From the human T2T-CHM13v2.0 reference genome, Homo sapiens, in NCBI RefSeq assembly GCF_009914755.1, contig NC_060931.1: DNA of 64,000 nt. One strand, 5' to 3'. The notes beneath the pieces are model-generated. The model worked only from the letters and a program-made list of their open reading frames with translations, did not search any database and was not told the origin of the DNA. Shown here in pieces: positions 11,810 to 24,993 of the stretch (positions are counted from its first letter, which is position 1; each line of letters begins with the position of its first letter). The position numbers and the translations under genes are program-made.

Positions 11810-14050
11810 AGCGGGGGCGGGCGAGACCACAGGACGGAGGGCGCGGGGGAGCGCGCCGGAAACGCGCGGCTGCGGCCCGGGAGAAACCCCCCCACTCGGC
11901 GGCGGGCCTCGCGGCGCGGGCCCGAAGCCACGCCCCCTTCCGGCCGAGGCGCGGACCGCGCGGAGCTAAGTGGAATCCCGGTTGGCTTGGGGCGCAGGCT
12001 TCCAACTTCGTACTCTGGCCTCTGGCGTCTCGGCTCGTCGGTTGGGTACCCGAACCCAGCTACTGCTGCTTGAAGAGAAGATGGATGGGGACTCCTCGCC
12101 GTCGCTGCGCCGCCGGCCTTCCCTGGGCGGACGTACACCTTTGCGAAGCGTCAGTGAGGACCCAGGGCCCCTCCTTGGAATAGCTCTTATTTCTCAAGCG
12201 CTGCAGCGTGAAGCTCGCTCTGCGGGTCCGAGAGGCCTGCGATCTGAAGACTGAAAACTGGGAAGAGACGCTCTACCCTGTGCTCCTCGCCGGCTTCGAT
12301 AGGAGCCGCAGGTGCCTGGGATTTTCTCAAACTTTGTCCCAAACTTCAGCTGTGGGAGTGGAGGAACAAACAGGCCTCTCCCAGAATTGTGAAAGAGATC
12401 GCCCTGGTGGATGAAACAAAAACAAATGCACTTGACTTCCACCGCCTGCCTGGCGTGTCACGCGGGTTTAATGTATGTGTCACATTTAAATTCAAAGTAT
12501 TTTCTTCTAAGGGCCTGGACACATTTCTTTTCTCCCTGTATCGTGAATTGGAAAATACCTTAGGATATTAAAAGTTATCTAAGATAACCCCCTTTCTTCT
12601 GTAAGTTAAATACTAAACGGCTTAAGACGAAATTTTGGAATATAGAGATGATGATGCAGACTGCAGTGAATTATCAAATATGCATCTCACTGTTCTCCAC
12701 ATTAAACATATTTTTGTTGCGTAAATTCATGTTAAGACGTCTATAACAATTACACTTTGGTAAAATTGTTGGATGTTAACATCTCTGATAGCTCCCAATA
12801 GAAATCTCTGATGTACTAACCAGACTGGTAAACCATTATCATGCACTTTGAAAATATAATAAAATATTATAATTAAAGCTGCCATTAATGAAATAGGCTG
12901 AGCAACAATAAATTTACAAAGGAAAATAAAAGTGGATAGCCTTGGGAGTTCTCACATAAAATATGGAGATTTCAAAGTTAAACTTGATTAATTATGTTAG
13001 GGTAAAAAGTGAATTAAAGCAACAGGACTATTTATAAAATAATTAGATTTAGAAAGCAGTCGTAGAAATATAAGCCTGGAGTTGCCTCTGAATTACATAT
13101 TTAACAAACCTAGAAGCTAAATCAGTTTGTCTTTTATCAAAACTGCAACTCCTCTAAGTTGAAAGCACAGTGACAAGAGAAAGCATTACAAATTCTTGAG
13201 AAATAATAGAAATTAAAGCTCTTTTCAAACCTGTGAACAAGTATAGTACCAGAAGTATAAGATTCAGATAGGCCCAAGTTGTAGTTCTTGTTATGAGTCT
13301 TACAACCCTATGGACTTTGGACAAATTACTTCTCTGCGTCTGTTTCCTCATCTGTAAAATGAAAATAATTTCTGTTTCATACAGGTATAGTCTAAATAGG
13401 GATAATTACACCTACTTCAAAGTTGTAAAATACACAATTACAACTAGATAGGAGGTATAAGTTCTAGTGTTCTGTAGCACTGTAGGATGACTATAGTTAA
13501 CAATATTGTATAGTTTCAAATAGCTAGAAGAAGGATATTGCATGTTCCCAAAACAAAGACATAAGTTTTTGAGATGATAGATATGCTAATTACCCTAATC
13601 ACTATATGTTATATGTATTGCAACATCACTATGTACCCCCATAAATATGTACAGTTATTGTGTATTAAAATTTTTTTAAACTAAAATTATAAGACATTAA
13701 AAAAAGGTATCACATGTAAAGTACCTGATACATAGTGGTTACTCAAGTATTAGTTGTCGGCCATTGACAGTCCTTGCCTATGGTCTTTTCTGCTTTCCCT
13801 GAGCTAAGGGATCAAGACTTAATATATGTATTCTTACCTTTGTTCTAATTCTGACTCTTCAAAAACTGTCCTTCAAATATACAATTGTACATATTTTTTC
13901 AAAAATATAGTGAAGAACTTGATAGCAGAATTTCTGATTAGGCCATATATTATATCAAATAGGCTACATATATCCCAGTATGCCAAAATAAAACTTTTTA
14001 AAACTGTAAATCCAGAGATAGAATCCTATTAGCTTCTAATTTAATAAAAA
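11810..14050 (+). ncRNA. Probable divergent (promoter-antisense) lncRNA; ends approximate
   Basis: The CpG island extends ~500 bp upstream of the WASL TSS. Plus-strand AATAAA signals occur at 12858, 12907, 12925, 13987 and 14043. I recall an annotated WASL divergent transcript but cannot verify it here. Confidence 0.4.
13433..13705 (+). mobile_element. L1MA 3' end inserted into a MIR (MIR ~13255-13760)
   Basis: L1MA 3'UTR motifs (AGTTAACAATATTGTATA, TGCTAATTACCCT) with A-tail. Flanking MIR core TTTCCTCATCTGTAAAATG. Confidence 0.75.
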
Positions 14051-14069
14051 CTGAAAGATTAGCAAATTT

Positions 14070-15040
14070 TATGTTAGAAATACCAGCTTTTAGAACTTGT
14101 AGACCACCAAACTATTTTGAAGACAGGAAAGAGTAGTGGGAGAGGGCTGTGAAAAAAAAAAAAAAGGCCATGAGATGATAGGTGAATGGACAGTAGCTGC
14201 GTTCAAGAATTTATCTCATTCTGAGAATTATTGAGTTCCAATCATTTCACAACCTCTTACTAGCCTAGACTATCTATTGTTTTGATTTTCTTTTCTTTCA
14301 GGAAATTTTATGACTTATCTAAATGCAATTTTCTTTTTACTATTTGCCCTTTTTCTGTTTTCTTTAGACTTGGAGATGGAAAATGATGACCACAGTAGAC
14401 TTTTTTCCTCAGGTCCAACCTTTCTTTAATTTTTCTCCAAATTTTTAGTATAGTCCTTTGTCCACAAAATTGCAATTTAAGTTCTTGTCTTCTACCCTCC
14501 ATTGTTATTTTTGTTTTTCTCTGGGCTTTTTCCAACTCTTGATGTGGAAAATGTAAGCATGAACATTTCACTGGAAATATGACTTCCTTACTCATTTAAG
14601 CCTGTGAACAAGCAATATTTGGGGATTCCCTCCTTACCATACATAAAGGATTCTATTTTTCCATACTCATCCTGAGACCAAGCAGTACTGGCTGTTTTTG
14701 TTTCAAAAGTTTTAGCAAGTCCTTTCTTTCATTCTTGATAGCATATCCTCTGTTTGGCAGAACACAAGACATCTTTTCTCTCTGTTTTCTTTGGCAAGTT
14801 ATTTCCTTATCTCAAATTTTTTTACCCAGTTTGAGAGATTGGATTTTATCCAGGACATAAGCATTCTGTTTCCCTTCAACAGAGTATCTTGAAGTTTGTA
14901 AGCGCTGTTAAGAAGACTAGGGGTTTTATCTTAATATACATATAAAATGCATATGCTAGAAATACCAGCTTTCAGAGCTTGTAGACCACCAACCTATTTT
15001 GAAGACAGGAAAGAGTAGTGGGAGAGGGCTGTGAAAAAAA
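14070..15040 (+). repeat. 89-bp dispersed direct duplication (14070-14158 and 14952-15040)
   Basis: 4 mismatches, offset 882 bp. Confidence 0.93.
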
Positions 15041-18000
15041 GCTTTATTACGGTGTATATGAATATAACAAAAAAAAGGCAATTCTTACATTTAATTTCTT
15101 CCATTTGACTCTCCTTACCTCAACTAGCATCTATTCTAGTACTTCATTTTCTTCTTTCTTTGGTATGATCTTTTAAGGTAAAGCCCTCATTTTAACAGAA
15201 AACATTAGGGTAGCTTATTATGGAAATGAGAGCATATTTTCAGATACATTCCTGCTGTTATCCTTATGGGTACTTTGCAAGCTTCTCTTGTTACGGTTCT
15301 TTGTTATATATTTTTCTTCTTTACAAATGTCATTGTTTATGTACTGTTAAAAGTCCTCTGAAACACCCTATTCCCCTTGCTAATGTTAATAATTTAAAAT
15401 GTAGTGACACCCTTTACTGTGGGGGAATATAAAGGTGGCTGAAAGCACACGGCATTCAGCAGCCATTGTAGCCATAATTGCTGCTTGGCTATGGCAGAAC
15501 TGATTTTATAGAGACAGAACAACAGCAAATCTGAATACTGCAAATCTGGATTTGCAGAAAAAGTGCAGGGGCAATGAGTGCTACTTCTCCCATGCAACCT
15601 CCAGAAATGTCATGTGTCTAAAATGTTCGTCTTGTAAAATATCTGCACATTTTTATGTAAATGTTGCATATGGCAATGCTTACAAGAATTTATTCTAGTA
15701 CATGTTATCCCAAGTTAAATGTTAATTGTTTTCTTTTTCATCAACTAAATTCTGAAAAGTAAGCTAGCACACCATTTTTTTTCTGCCTCTCCTTTTTAAA
15801 TTCATTTTAACTACAAACCTCTTTGGGGCTTTCTTTTTTAGGAATAAATAGTTTATTTACAAATCATTCTGATTTCTTATTGAAGTTAGTGGAAAATTGA
15901 ACACTTATTCATGCTACAAAATTACCAGTGATAGTTACTACCATTATATGTCCTAGTCTCCAAATACCTAGTACTTACCTGTAATCAAGAAATGATTTGA
16001 AGAGCTAAGTATGTTATAGTTCCCAGGATGCTGCTTATGGTTTTCTGGCTGCTCTTTAACTTTAATGAATATTCAATGGCTTATTATTATTCCAAATGAG
16101 AGAGAACAACATTGATTTCTTTATTGTAATGTTCTCAAGGTCAATCTACATTATAAATGAGTAGGCAGGCTGGATACTTGGGAAAATTTGAAGATGCCAC
16201 ATGTCCCCATTACCACATTGAAATTATTGGGGTCAAGGATATGGTCTCTGCTACCATGTAACATTTTTAAAATCAATTTTTATTTTTATACAAATGATAA
16301 ATGCACATAATTTAAAAAATCAAATAGTAGTACAAAACTTAAAACAGCATAAAACAGAAGTTACATTCTTGGACCACTTTAACTTTGTTGGATTTTACCC
16401 CCCTCAATAATTTGCTTAAATTTTATTTCTTTTATTTCTTCTATATTAAGAACTATAAAGTCCTTCCTCATATTATTTTCCACATAATCAAGTGTATCAG
16501 GAATCTATTAGACTCACTAATTTTAATCAAAGACCTGTCTCCCAAAGCCATCCATCATCCCATATTAATCTGTACTGTTGCTACATGGCTATTGTCTGGA
16601 ATTTTATTGAGTTACTATCCTGGGATTTCCCTTTATCTTTCTGTATTAGACCCTCTGTTTCTTGGAACCTATGTCATCCATCTTGATGTACTCCCTTGTT
16701 TTGATAGTGTATATCCTTTAGTGGCTTCCTAAGAAAAAGTGCATAGATAGTAAAATTTTGAGACCTTGCATAGCTGATAGTTTTATTCTAATCTCACTCT
16801 TGGTTGATTAGTTTAACAGGGTAGAAAATTTCAGGTTGAATACCAGTTTTCTTCAGTATTTGAAGGTGTTATTTTATTGATTTCGAACTTTCAACATTGC
16901 TGTTGAAATCTGAAGTTATTCTGATTCTGATCTTTTGTATATAAGTCTTTATGACCTCTAAAAGTTTTCAGAATTCTGTTTGTTTATGGAATTCTGAAAG
17001 TTGATGATGTACCATAGTGGAATACTTTTACATTTATTGTACTGGGTATTCCAAAGGCCCTTTTTATCCAAAAACTCATGTCTTTTAGTGCTGGAAATTT
17101 TTCTTTTGTTATTTTCATATTTTTCTTCCCCTTTTTTCTCTTTTCGCTTTCTGGAATGCCTGTTGGTCAAATGTCAGATTTTCTGACTCATTCTATACAA
17201 TTAGAAAGCACACCCAAGTTTCACTGTGGAACTACTCCAGTGAGCCCTTCAGTGTGGTCATCTCTGGGCAGAGATACTATAGATTTACTGCTAACATTGG
17301 GAATTGGAAACTAGAATCTCTTCTGAGATTCTAAAAGCAGGGTGTTTCTGCTGCCATCCTTGCTGCCCTTTGCCACATGCTTCTTCACTTTATGTGTTTT
17401 CAAATCACAGTTGCCCATGGGTGTGTCTGATGAGGGAAAGGTCACATACCTGTACCCTAGCTGCAAAAGAGCTGGAGATTTCAGGCTCGTTGTTAAGGGT
17501 CTGCGGATTCATAAGGTCAGAAATTCCATGAACACAGAAAAAGTATTCAAAAGGTACTCAGCAGCTAGTGAATTCAACTGGGGACAGTTGGAACTTCAGG
17601 ATGTTTGATGACTGGGGAGAGGGTCTTTGTTAAGAAAAAGCAATAATATGAAATATTAATGCTTTCCAATTTTATCAAGATGATAGCATTTTTGTGTACT
17701 GAATTACATGCATATTACATACATAATAAAATTGTAAAACTCTGTATCTAGGAAGTAAATAGTCTTTATTTATTTTTGCCTCCATACAAAGTCTTTAATA
17801 AGAACTGTGTTTTTCCCCCACATTAACTAGGTTACTTGTCCTTAGAAAGTTGGTAATGGTTGAATGGGTTAGTACTATATGTTCGTACACGTTGATATCA
17901 TTTATCTATAAATAGCTATTTAGCTGATTCATTAAAGCAAATTGAAGTAAGTCATTTTGATATAATAAATTGTCAAAGTCAGTGATATGCAGGCTTTTCA

Positions 18001-18704
18001 TTTGTAAATTGTAATTACTTTTTAAATGTTTGTCTCCTACATTAGCCTCAAAGCTCTCTAAGAGCTGGTATCATGTCTTATTCATCTTTGTATCTTTTTA
18101 GTCTTAACATTGAACCTATACATTATTCAACGTATATTTGTAGATCAAATGACCACCTTTGATTCAAATAAAAACATATGAATTTTTATCAGGTACAAAG
18201 ATAGTTACACAGGATCTGAGATCAAATAAAGAGAAACCACAGTCTTGCCCAAACTCTTCCACACAGTACTAAGCATGTGGTATTCTGAGAGCACCTGGAG
18301 AGAAAACACAATACATAAGAAACTGCACACAACCTAATGGTAGCAGGAGCAGGGCTTGTGACAACAGCAATAGAAAGGAATGACCTCCACTTGAGATGAC
18401 CCAGCAACCTAATTCAAGTCCAGAGGATAAAGTGATTTTTTTTTTTTTCCTCCTGAGTGAGCTCAGGTGTCCAGGGGCCTAGTCTGAGAAAAGAAATGTG
18501 TGTCATATTTTAGGGATTTGGGGGAATAATAGTTTTTAGCATGAAGTGATTGCAAAAACACTAAGTCAAGGCTTCACTTGGTCTTAGAAAGCAACTCTGG
18601 AAGCATATGGAAGCAAGCTTAGTATCCAGGAGCGTTGGAAACTAAAGTGAAAATAACCAGGACAAAAAGTAGGCTGGCATCCCAATGGACTGGGGGAGAC
18701 TGGC

Positions 18705-18845
18705 CAGCAGTTCTCATAGCAGCATTAGCATCACATGTTAGAAATGCACATTCTCAGGCCCCACTCTTGACCCACTGAACCTGAAACTCTGGGGATAGGA
18801 CTCATCAGTCTATGTTTTAAGAAGCCCTCCTGGTGATTCCAATAA
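18705..18845. mobile_element. MER5A-like (hAT-Charlie)
   Basis: GTTAGAAATGCA...TCTCAGGCCCCAC...GTGATTC. Confidence 0.7.
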
Positions 18846-20941
18846 GTAGACCTTCAAGACGACCTCCAGGGGATGAAATTTACCACCCCCACCAGCCACC
18901 TTCCACCCTTTCCCAAGCATATAAGGCTTATGGCATTACACAAACTATGTTTGAATCATATTCTTTTGAGGGGACGGAACTTGTAATGAACCACTGGGAT
19001 TTATTCTTGTCAGTTTAAGACCTAGATAGGATAGAGTCTGTAGGTGGAATGTCTTCATTGTTCACACCTGGCAAAATAGCTGTAAGGGCAAGCAGGTATT
19101 TATTAGCTATAGCTTTTCTGATCTGAGTTCCGATAGTAACTAGCCATGAAATCTTACTAAAATCACTCAACTTCATCATGCTTCTCTTTACTCATTTGTG
19201 AAATGAAAGGAATGACTTAATGATTGCTAAGGTCCTTCTCAGCTCAAAATTATATAATCAATCCCATGTATTTTGGATTTTAAAAAAATCCTGCATTTTA
19301 AAAAGCAATGGGTAAAAGGCAGTGCATAAGGGAATATAAACAATTTCATGGCTTTTTCACTATTACAAATCCTTTTTTGGTGGTATGAAAATGAATATAT
19401 AAGCCTTATCATAAGCCTACTCTATTGAAAGAGGGATTGGTAAAGAATACAATCCCCAGAACATAAAAATCCTGCTTTTAGTTACCTCAGAGCAGGAAGG
19501 AAGGGTAATTGGTGACTGTGGTTTCATGGAATTATTGATCTAATATTTGCCATTTATATTCAAAACTGGATTGCATGGTACTTGATAGTTGTTACATCAG
19601 TCATGATTCTCAGTTCCCTGTGGCTGGAAGTTAGTAGTATTCATTGATTTTTTTGTTTTGTTTTTTAATAGAGAAGGAAACACATTGAACATGCAAACAA
19701 CTTAGAGTCGATGGTCACATTAGAATAAGTTCCTCATTCCTAGTTTAGGGAGTCATTCCTCTCAATATCTTTACTTAGAATCAGTTTAAAAATTAAATTA
19801 CATATTCGCTTTCTCACATTCAAATTTCCTTTTAGGAAGATAGAATATTGGCACTTTTCTTTCATCTTGATCCTCTTCATACTGAAGCTATTGTGTGTTT
19901 ATTATATGTTCTGTTGGACTGGAGCTTTGAACTGATGAAAGAGGAAAGCTATAACAAGCATCAGGGCTGACTTGGTATGTTGACTCAGTTCCCACATAAT
20001 GATGGTATCTATATGCATGCACATTATAATGTTCTGACACACAGAAGGAAAACGTGTTCCCCTGTCTCAATTTCCTGTTTTAATGCAAGTCCATACAACA
20101 CCCCAATCTTCCTCAGGATCTCCAAGCACCCTTGGATTTATTGTGTCATAAGGGACAATTCACACACTACCTCACCTCAGCCTGAACTTACTAGAGAGTC
20201 TTCTTTTGCTCTCAGTTCCATTGAGAGATAGCAGCATTGTGATCATTGGACAGTGTGATTGAAACAAGGCACTCAACTGTGCCTTCTTGTCATTATCATC
20301 CAGAAAGGCCCACCAAGCCTTGTTCTTGCTGGAAAGGCACGAAAGGAATAGCAACATGTCCTTCATTTTGAAGCACATATTTCTGCATGCCTCAGAATAA
20401 CGGACCCCCAGAAACAACCCTGAGGTATCAGGCTCCTATATTTCATGGCATTTCTATCCCCCAGCATTCATTTATGTGACCAAGGACATAGTGTACTTGC
20501 AACTTCCTGCTCTACCGGTCATTTCAGCATGATGTTATTTTGTACAATGAGCTAGTCTGATATCAAGTGGAATAGGAAGATGGTCTAGGATAATTGCCCT
20601 CTGCTTAAAAATGAGCTGACCTGTGAGGCACACAACATCCTTCCCATAAATTCCCTTTTGCTTTAGCTAGCCTGGGTCAGATTCTGTTATTTACAAAAAC
20701 TCTAGGTGATTCTGAACTGGAAACCCTAGGTATTCTAAAATTTGTACCATGAAGGTGGTTACAAGCAACAGATCTTTCAGAAAACTGGGTCATTTGGCAC
20801 TGTTTACCTGGCTATACTGGAGCAAGAGGTGGTGAAACTCTCATTTATATTCCAAGATGGGAAACTAGCATCAGACAATTACATTACTGCCTCTGGTTAT
20901 TAGGATCTAGAAACTTCTGAGGTTCTAGAAAGCTTTATGGC

Positions 20942-21158
20942 CAGGATCAGCAAACTACACTCCACCTATCCTGTTGCCTGCTTTTGTAAATAGAGCTTTT
21001 TGGGGGGGACATAGCCATGACCATTCTTTCAGTATTGTCTATGACTGCTTTCATGCTACAAACAGCAGAGTTGAGTAGTTGTACCAGAAACCTTATGACC
21101 TGCAAAGCCTCAAATGTTTATTATCTGGCCATTTACAGAAAAAGTTTGCCAACCCTTG
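20942..21158 (+). mobile_element. MER58A
   Basis: CAGGATCAGCAAACT...AAAAGTTTGCCAACCCTTG termini. Confidence 0.8.
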
Positions 21159-22489
21159 CTTTAGGTAACTGCATAGTTTTTGCCATCGAATAATAGAAGG
21201 GTGAGGAATTCAAGAATTGTGAGATAGCATTAGATAAATTAACCAGTAAGAATGAATGAATGTTGCCTCTGAGGATAGCCTGCTACAGGGATATTTTATG
21301 ATAATTCTGAAAAAAATATATCCCTGATAGTTACAGGACTGAGACAGCCAAAAGTGAAACTCATGATTTGATCCAGGGCTGCTAAACTAATAATTTATGA
21401 ATTAAAGTATCTTAAATACTTCATAATGAGATAGGAGATGACCATGAAAATAATTAATAACAAAGACAGTCTATCTTTGTGTAAATTTCTTATAAGAATC
21501 ATTAAACTTAGGATGTTACTTTTTTTAAAACAAAACAGACAACTGTTCAAGTGTGCTGATCTTTCCAGTGACAAGAAATCACTGTTAGTAGATACTTTTG
21601 AAAAAAGAAAAAGAAAGCACACATTTACTATGTGGCTTCAAGGTTTTTAACCATGAGTGAGAAAGTAACTACTTCTCAAAAGAAACTTACATTGTCAAAA
21701 GCATGTTTTGAAAACAGTCATTTGGAATCTTGTCCATCATTATGTGACTTTAAAGTTCAAAATGATAAAATATGTCACCTGTAAAAACATGTATTTCTAA
21801 ACTTAAAAACAATCTTCAAACCTGTTTAAAATTTTTCCAAGTAAAAAAATTTTGGTGTTTTCTTATTTGCTGAAAATATGGAAATGAAATACTTCTCAGT
21901 TTGCAAGAAAATTACTATCAAAATTTTAACAAATTTATAACAGGTGAATACAATTGAAAAACATAAGTATTATGCTCAACTAAGCAAATTCATGTGTATT
22001 TCTCCCAGGCGGGTGTATATTCATGTGTTTTGTAAAGCGTCCTTTTCAGTTATGGCCACTAAAATATAGTATAGATAAAACTCACCTTATAGCAAAACCT
22101 TTGGATCCCATGTCAAAAAGTGTTAAGCCAAATTTTCAAAAATTACGGAGCATATTCAATCACATTGCATGCATTAAAAACTATTTTCTTAATATTTTAG
22201 GGCAAGCAAACAATTGTTTTGTTTTACTATTAATTTATTGGCCTTTTTACAGAAACTTCTTTTGGTATCATTGATGTTCTTTATGGTTTTCTGTTTTTTA
22301 CTTATTTGATCTGTGATCATTAAATATGATGCTAGATGCCATTTATTAAATTGAGGAAGTTCTTTTCTATCCCATCTTCCTGTGAGGTTTTCCTCATAAA
22401 TTTTGTCAAATGCTTTTTCTGTTTATGTTAAATAAGCTCATATTTTGTCTCCTGTTTAGTCTGTTGATACAGTGAATTATACTGATTTT

Positions 22490-22758
22490 TATTTTTATTT
22501 TTATTATACTTTAAGTTCTGGGATACACGTGCAGAAGTGCAGGTTTATTACATAGGTATACATGTCCCATGGTGGTTTGCTGCACCCATCAACCCGTCGT
22601 CTACATTAGGTATTTCTCCTAATGCTATCCCTCCCCTTGCCCCCCACCACCCCCCACAGGTCCCAGTGTGTGATGTTCCCCTCCCTGTGCCCATATGTTC
22701 TCATTGTTCAACTCCCACTTATGAGTGAGAACATGCGGTGTTTGATTTTCTGTTCCTG
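22490..22758 (-). mobile_element. 5'-truncated L1PA (PA7/8-like) 3' end, within an older L1M
   Basis: TTATTATACTTTAAGTTCTGGGATAC... end. 16-bp TSD GAATTAyACTGATTTT at 22474-22489 and 22759-22774. Confidence 0.92.
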
Positions 22759-23949
22759 GAATTACACTGATTTTAAAATGTTGAAACAGGCTTGCATTCC
22801 TGGGATAAACCCCAGTTGATCATGATATATGATCCCTTTTTAAATATTGCTTAATTCCAATTGTTGATAATCTGTTAAGGGTTTTTGTGCCTATAAAATA
22901 TTGGTCTAAGAGGATAGATCTCCTCTTCCAGCTCTAACAGCTGAAGGACTTTTCTGATGCTGATTTCCCAGATTTCCAAGTAATTCCAATTCCTCCACGC
23001 CCTGACTCTAAACACTGTCATTTCATGTTGAGCTCCCTTATAGTGACCACTGTTAAGATCATCATCTCCCCCAATGCAAAGATCTGCCTTCTGAACCAGA
23101 ACTTTTCCACAGTGCCTGAAGCTGCACATGCCACCAGTTCCTGTTCATTCCCAGTGGTGAACTGATTTTCAGTTATTTCCCAGATGGTCATAGTGTTCTG
23201 TATCCTAATGTAGTTAGCACTCTCTCAACGTGGAATTCAGTAATTCTTTGATAGCCTAGGAATTCTTCAAGTGGCAATAAAGGTAACTCAAGCACCCATT
23301 AGGTCTGGCATCTCTGTACTCACTGAGCGAAGCACTTTGCTCTTCCTAAGGCCTTCTGCTTTGCTGCGCTCTACATTTCCTTGTTTCCTTTTGCTCCATC
23401 AGTGATTCTGAGTCCCTTCTTGCCTATATACATCGTTTTGTTTTCTCCATTGGCTCTTTCTGGTCAATGTATAAATATGTTCAGATATCTCTCAAATTAA
23501 AAACTATTTTCATTAAAATAATCAATTTAAATAAGTAAATACCCTGACTGTTACTAATTCGTATCTTTCCTCTTCACAGACAACCTTCTAAAAACAGTAA
23601 TCTATACTCATTGTCTACTTTCCTTTCTCTTTCACTCATCAAGCAATGTGAGCTTGTTTCCATCCCCAATATTTTAATATTGGGGGTGACATCTAATATT
23701 TAATGTGACATTTTTGTCACATAACTAAATGTGAATTGGACATTTTCTTCTTTGCAAGCTCTCTACCATCAATCAATATGGTGTCTATCGGTCCTATGTA
23801 GGGTGTCTCTATCCTGCTTATATGATCACTCATTTGCCATTCTCTATGGCTCTGCATCTTAAATATTAATTCCACCCAGAGTTCTATCATTTTGCCTCAT
23901 TTATTTGGCCTTGAATAGAATAGGGGTCCCCAGAAGATTTAGTGAATAG

Positions 23950-24259
<310 letters not shown>

Positions 24260-24993
24260 AGGTGAATTTTAACTTTCTAATCCGATTCATCAGAATAATA
24301 TAAGGTAGCATTACCGAGCACTTACGACATGCCTGACACCATGTTGAATGCTTTAGATACGTTTCCATTTAATTCTTCAGTGGTTTATAAGAGATATTAT
24401 TAACAGCACGTTTCAGATTTAGAAAACTTGCACAAGGTCAATGAGAGAGGCAACTCCAATCTGAGTCTTTTGACAGCAGAGCCTGTGTTCTTAACAGTGA
24501 CACTATTAATGTCGACAGCTTTTATTGCCCTCTTTGTGATTCCCAGGTATTTCTCCAAACCTCTCTTCTGAGGTCTGGACTATAGCTACAACTGATAAGT
24601 TCCTCAAAGTCATTGTGTACACATCTGTACTCACGATCTTTGTTTAAAATCTTTTCTGTGTTTCCTATCTCAGTGTTTAATACCACCACACTCTCTTTTC
24701 CAATTAGAAACCTCAAAAACCATCTTGTCCTCCTATTGCTCACATTGTTCCTGCCCTCTAATCTTCAGTCACCACCTCCCGTCAATTTTATCTCCTATTA
24801 TCCCTCCACCACCACTTCCTTTTCATCTCTTCTGCCTGTGCCCTAAATCAAGCATCCTTCACTACCTCACTTCTCTCGCCAGTTTTATTCTCACAATTCA
24901 CCCAGCACATCATTGCCAGCATGCAAGTGAGAATCTGATCATGTTACTTTCTCTCCTAAAAATTCTTCAGAGGCTCCTCATTGTTTGCAATAT

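Larger units (their letters stand above)
11075..12320. promoter_or_regulatory. CpG island / TATA-less, probably bidirectional WASL promoter
   Basis: Very high GC and CpG density against an AT-rich background. YY1-type CAACATGGC at 11801-11809, GC box GGGGCGGG at 11814-11821, ETS-like CCGGAAA at 11856-11862. Confidence 0.92.

Noticed and set aside
10945-12442. Long overlapping ORFs (288, 205, 188, 123 aa) around the promoter
   Set aside because: These are Arg/Pro/Gly/Ala-rich products of a stop-poor CpG island. Only the 39-codon WASL segment matches a known protein.
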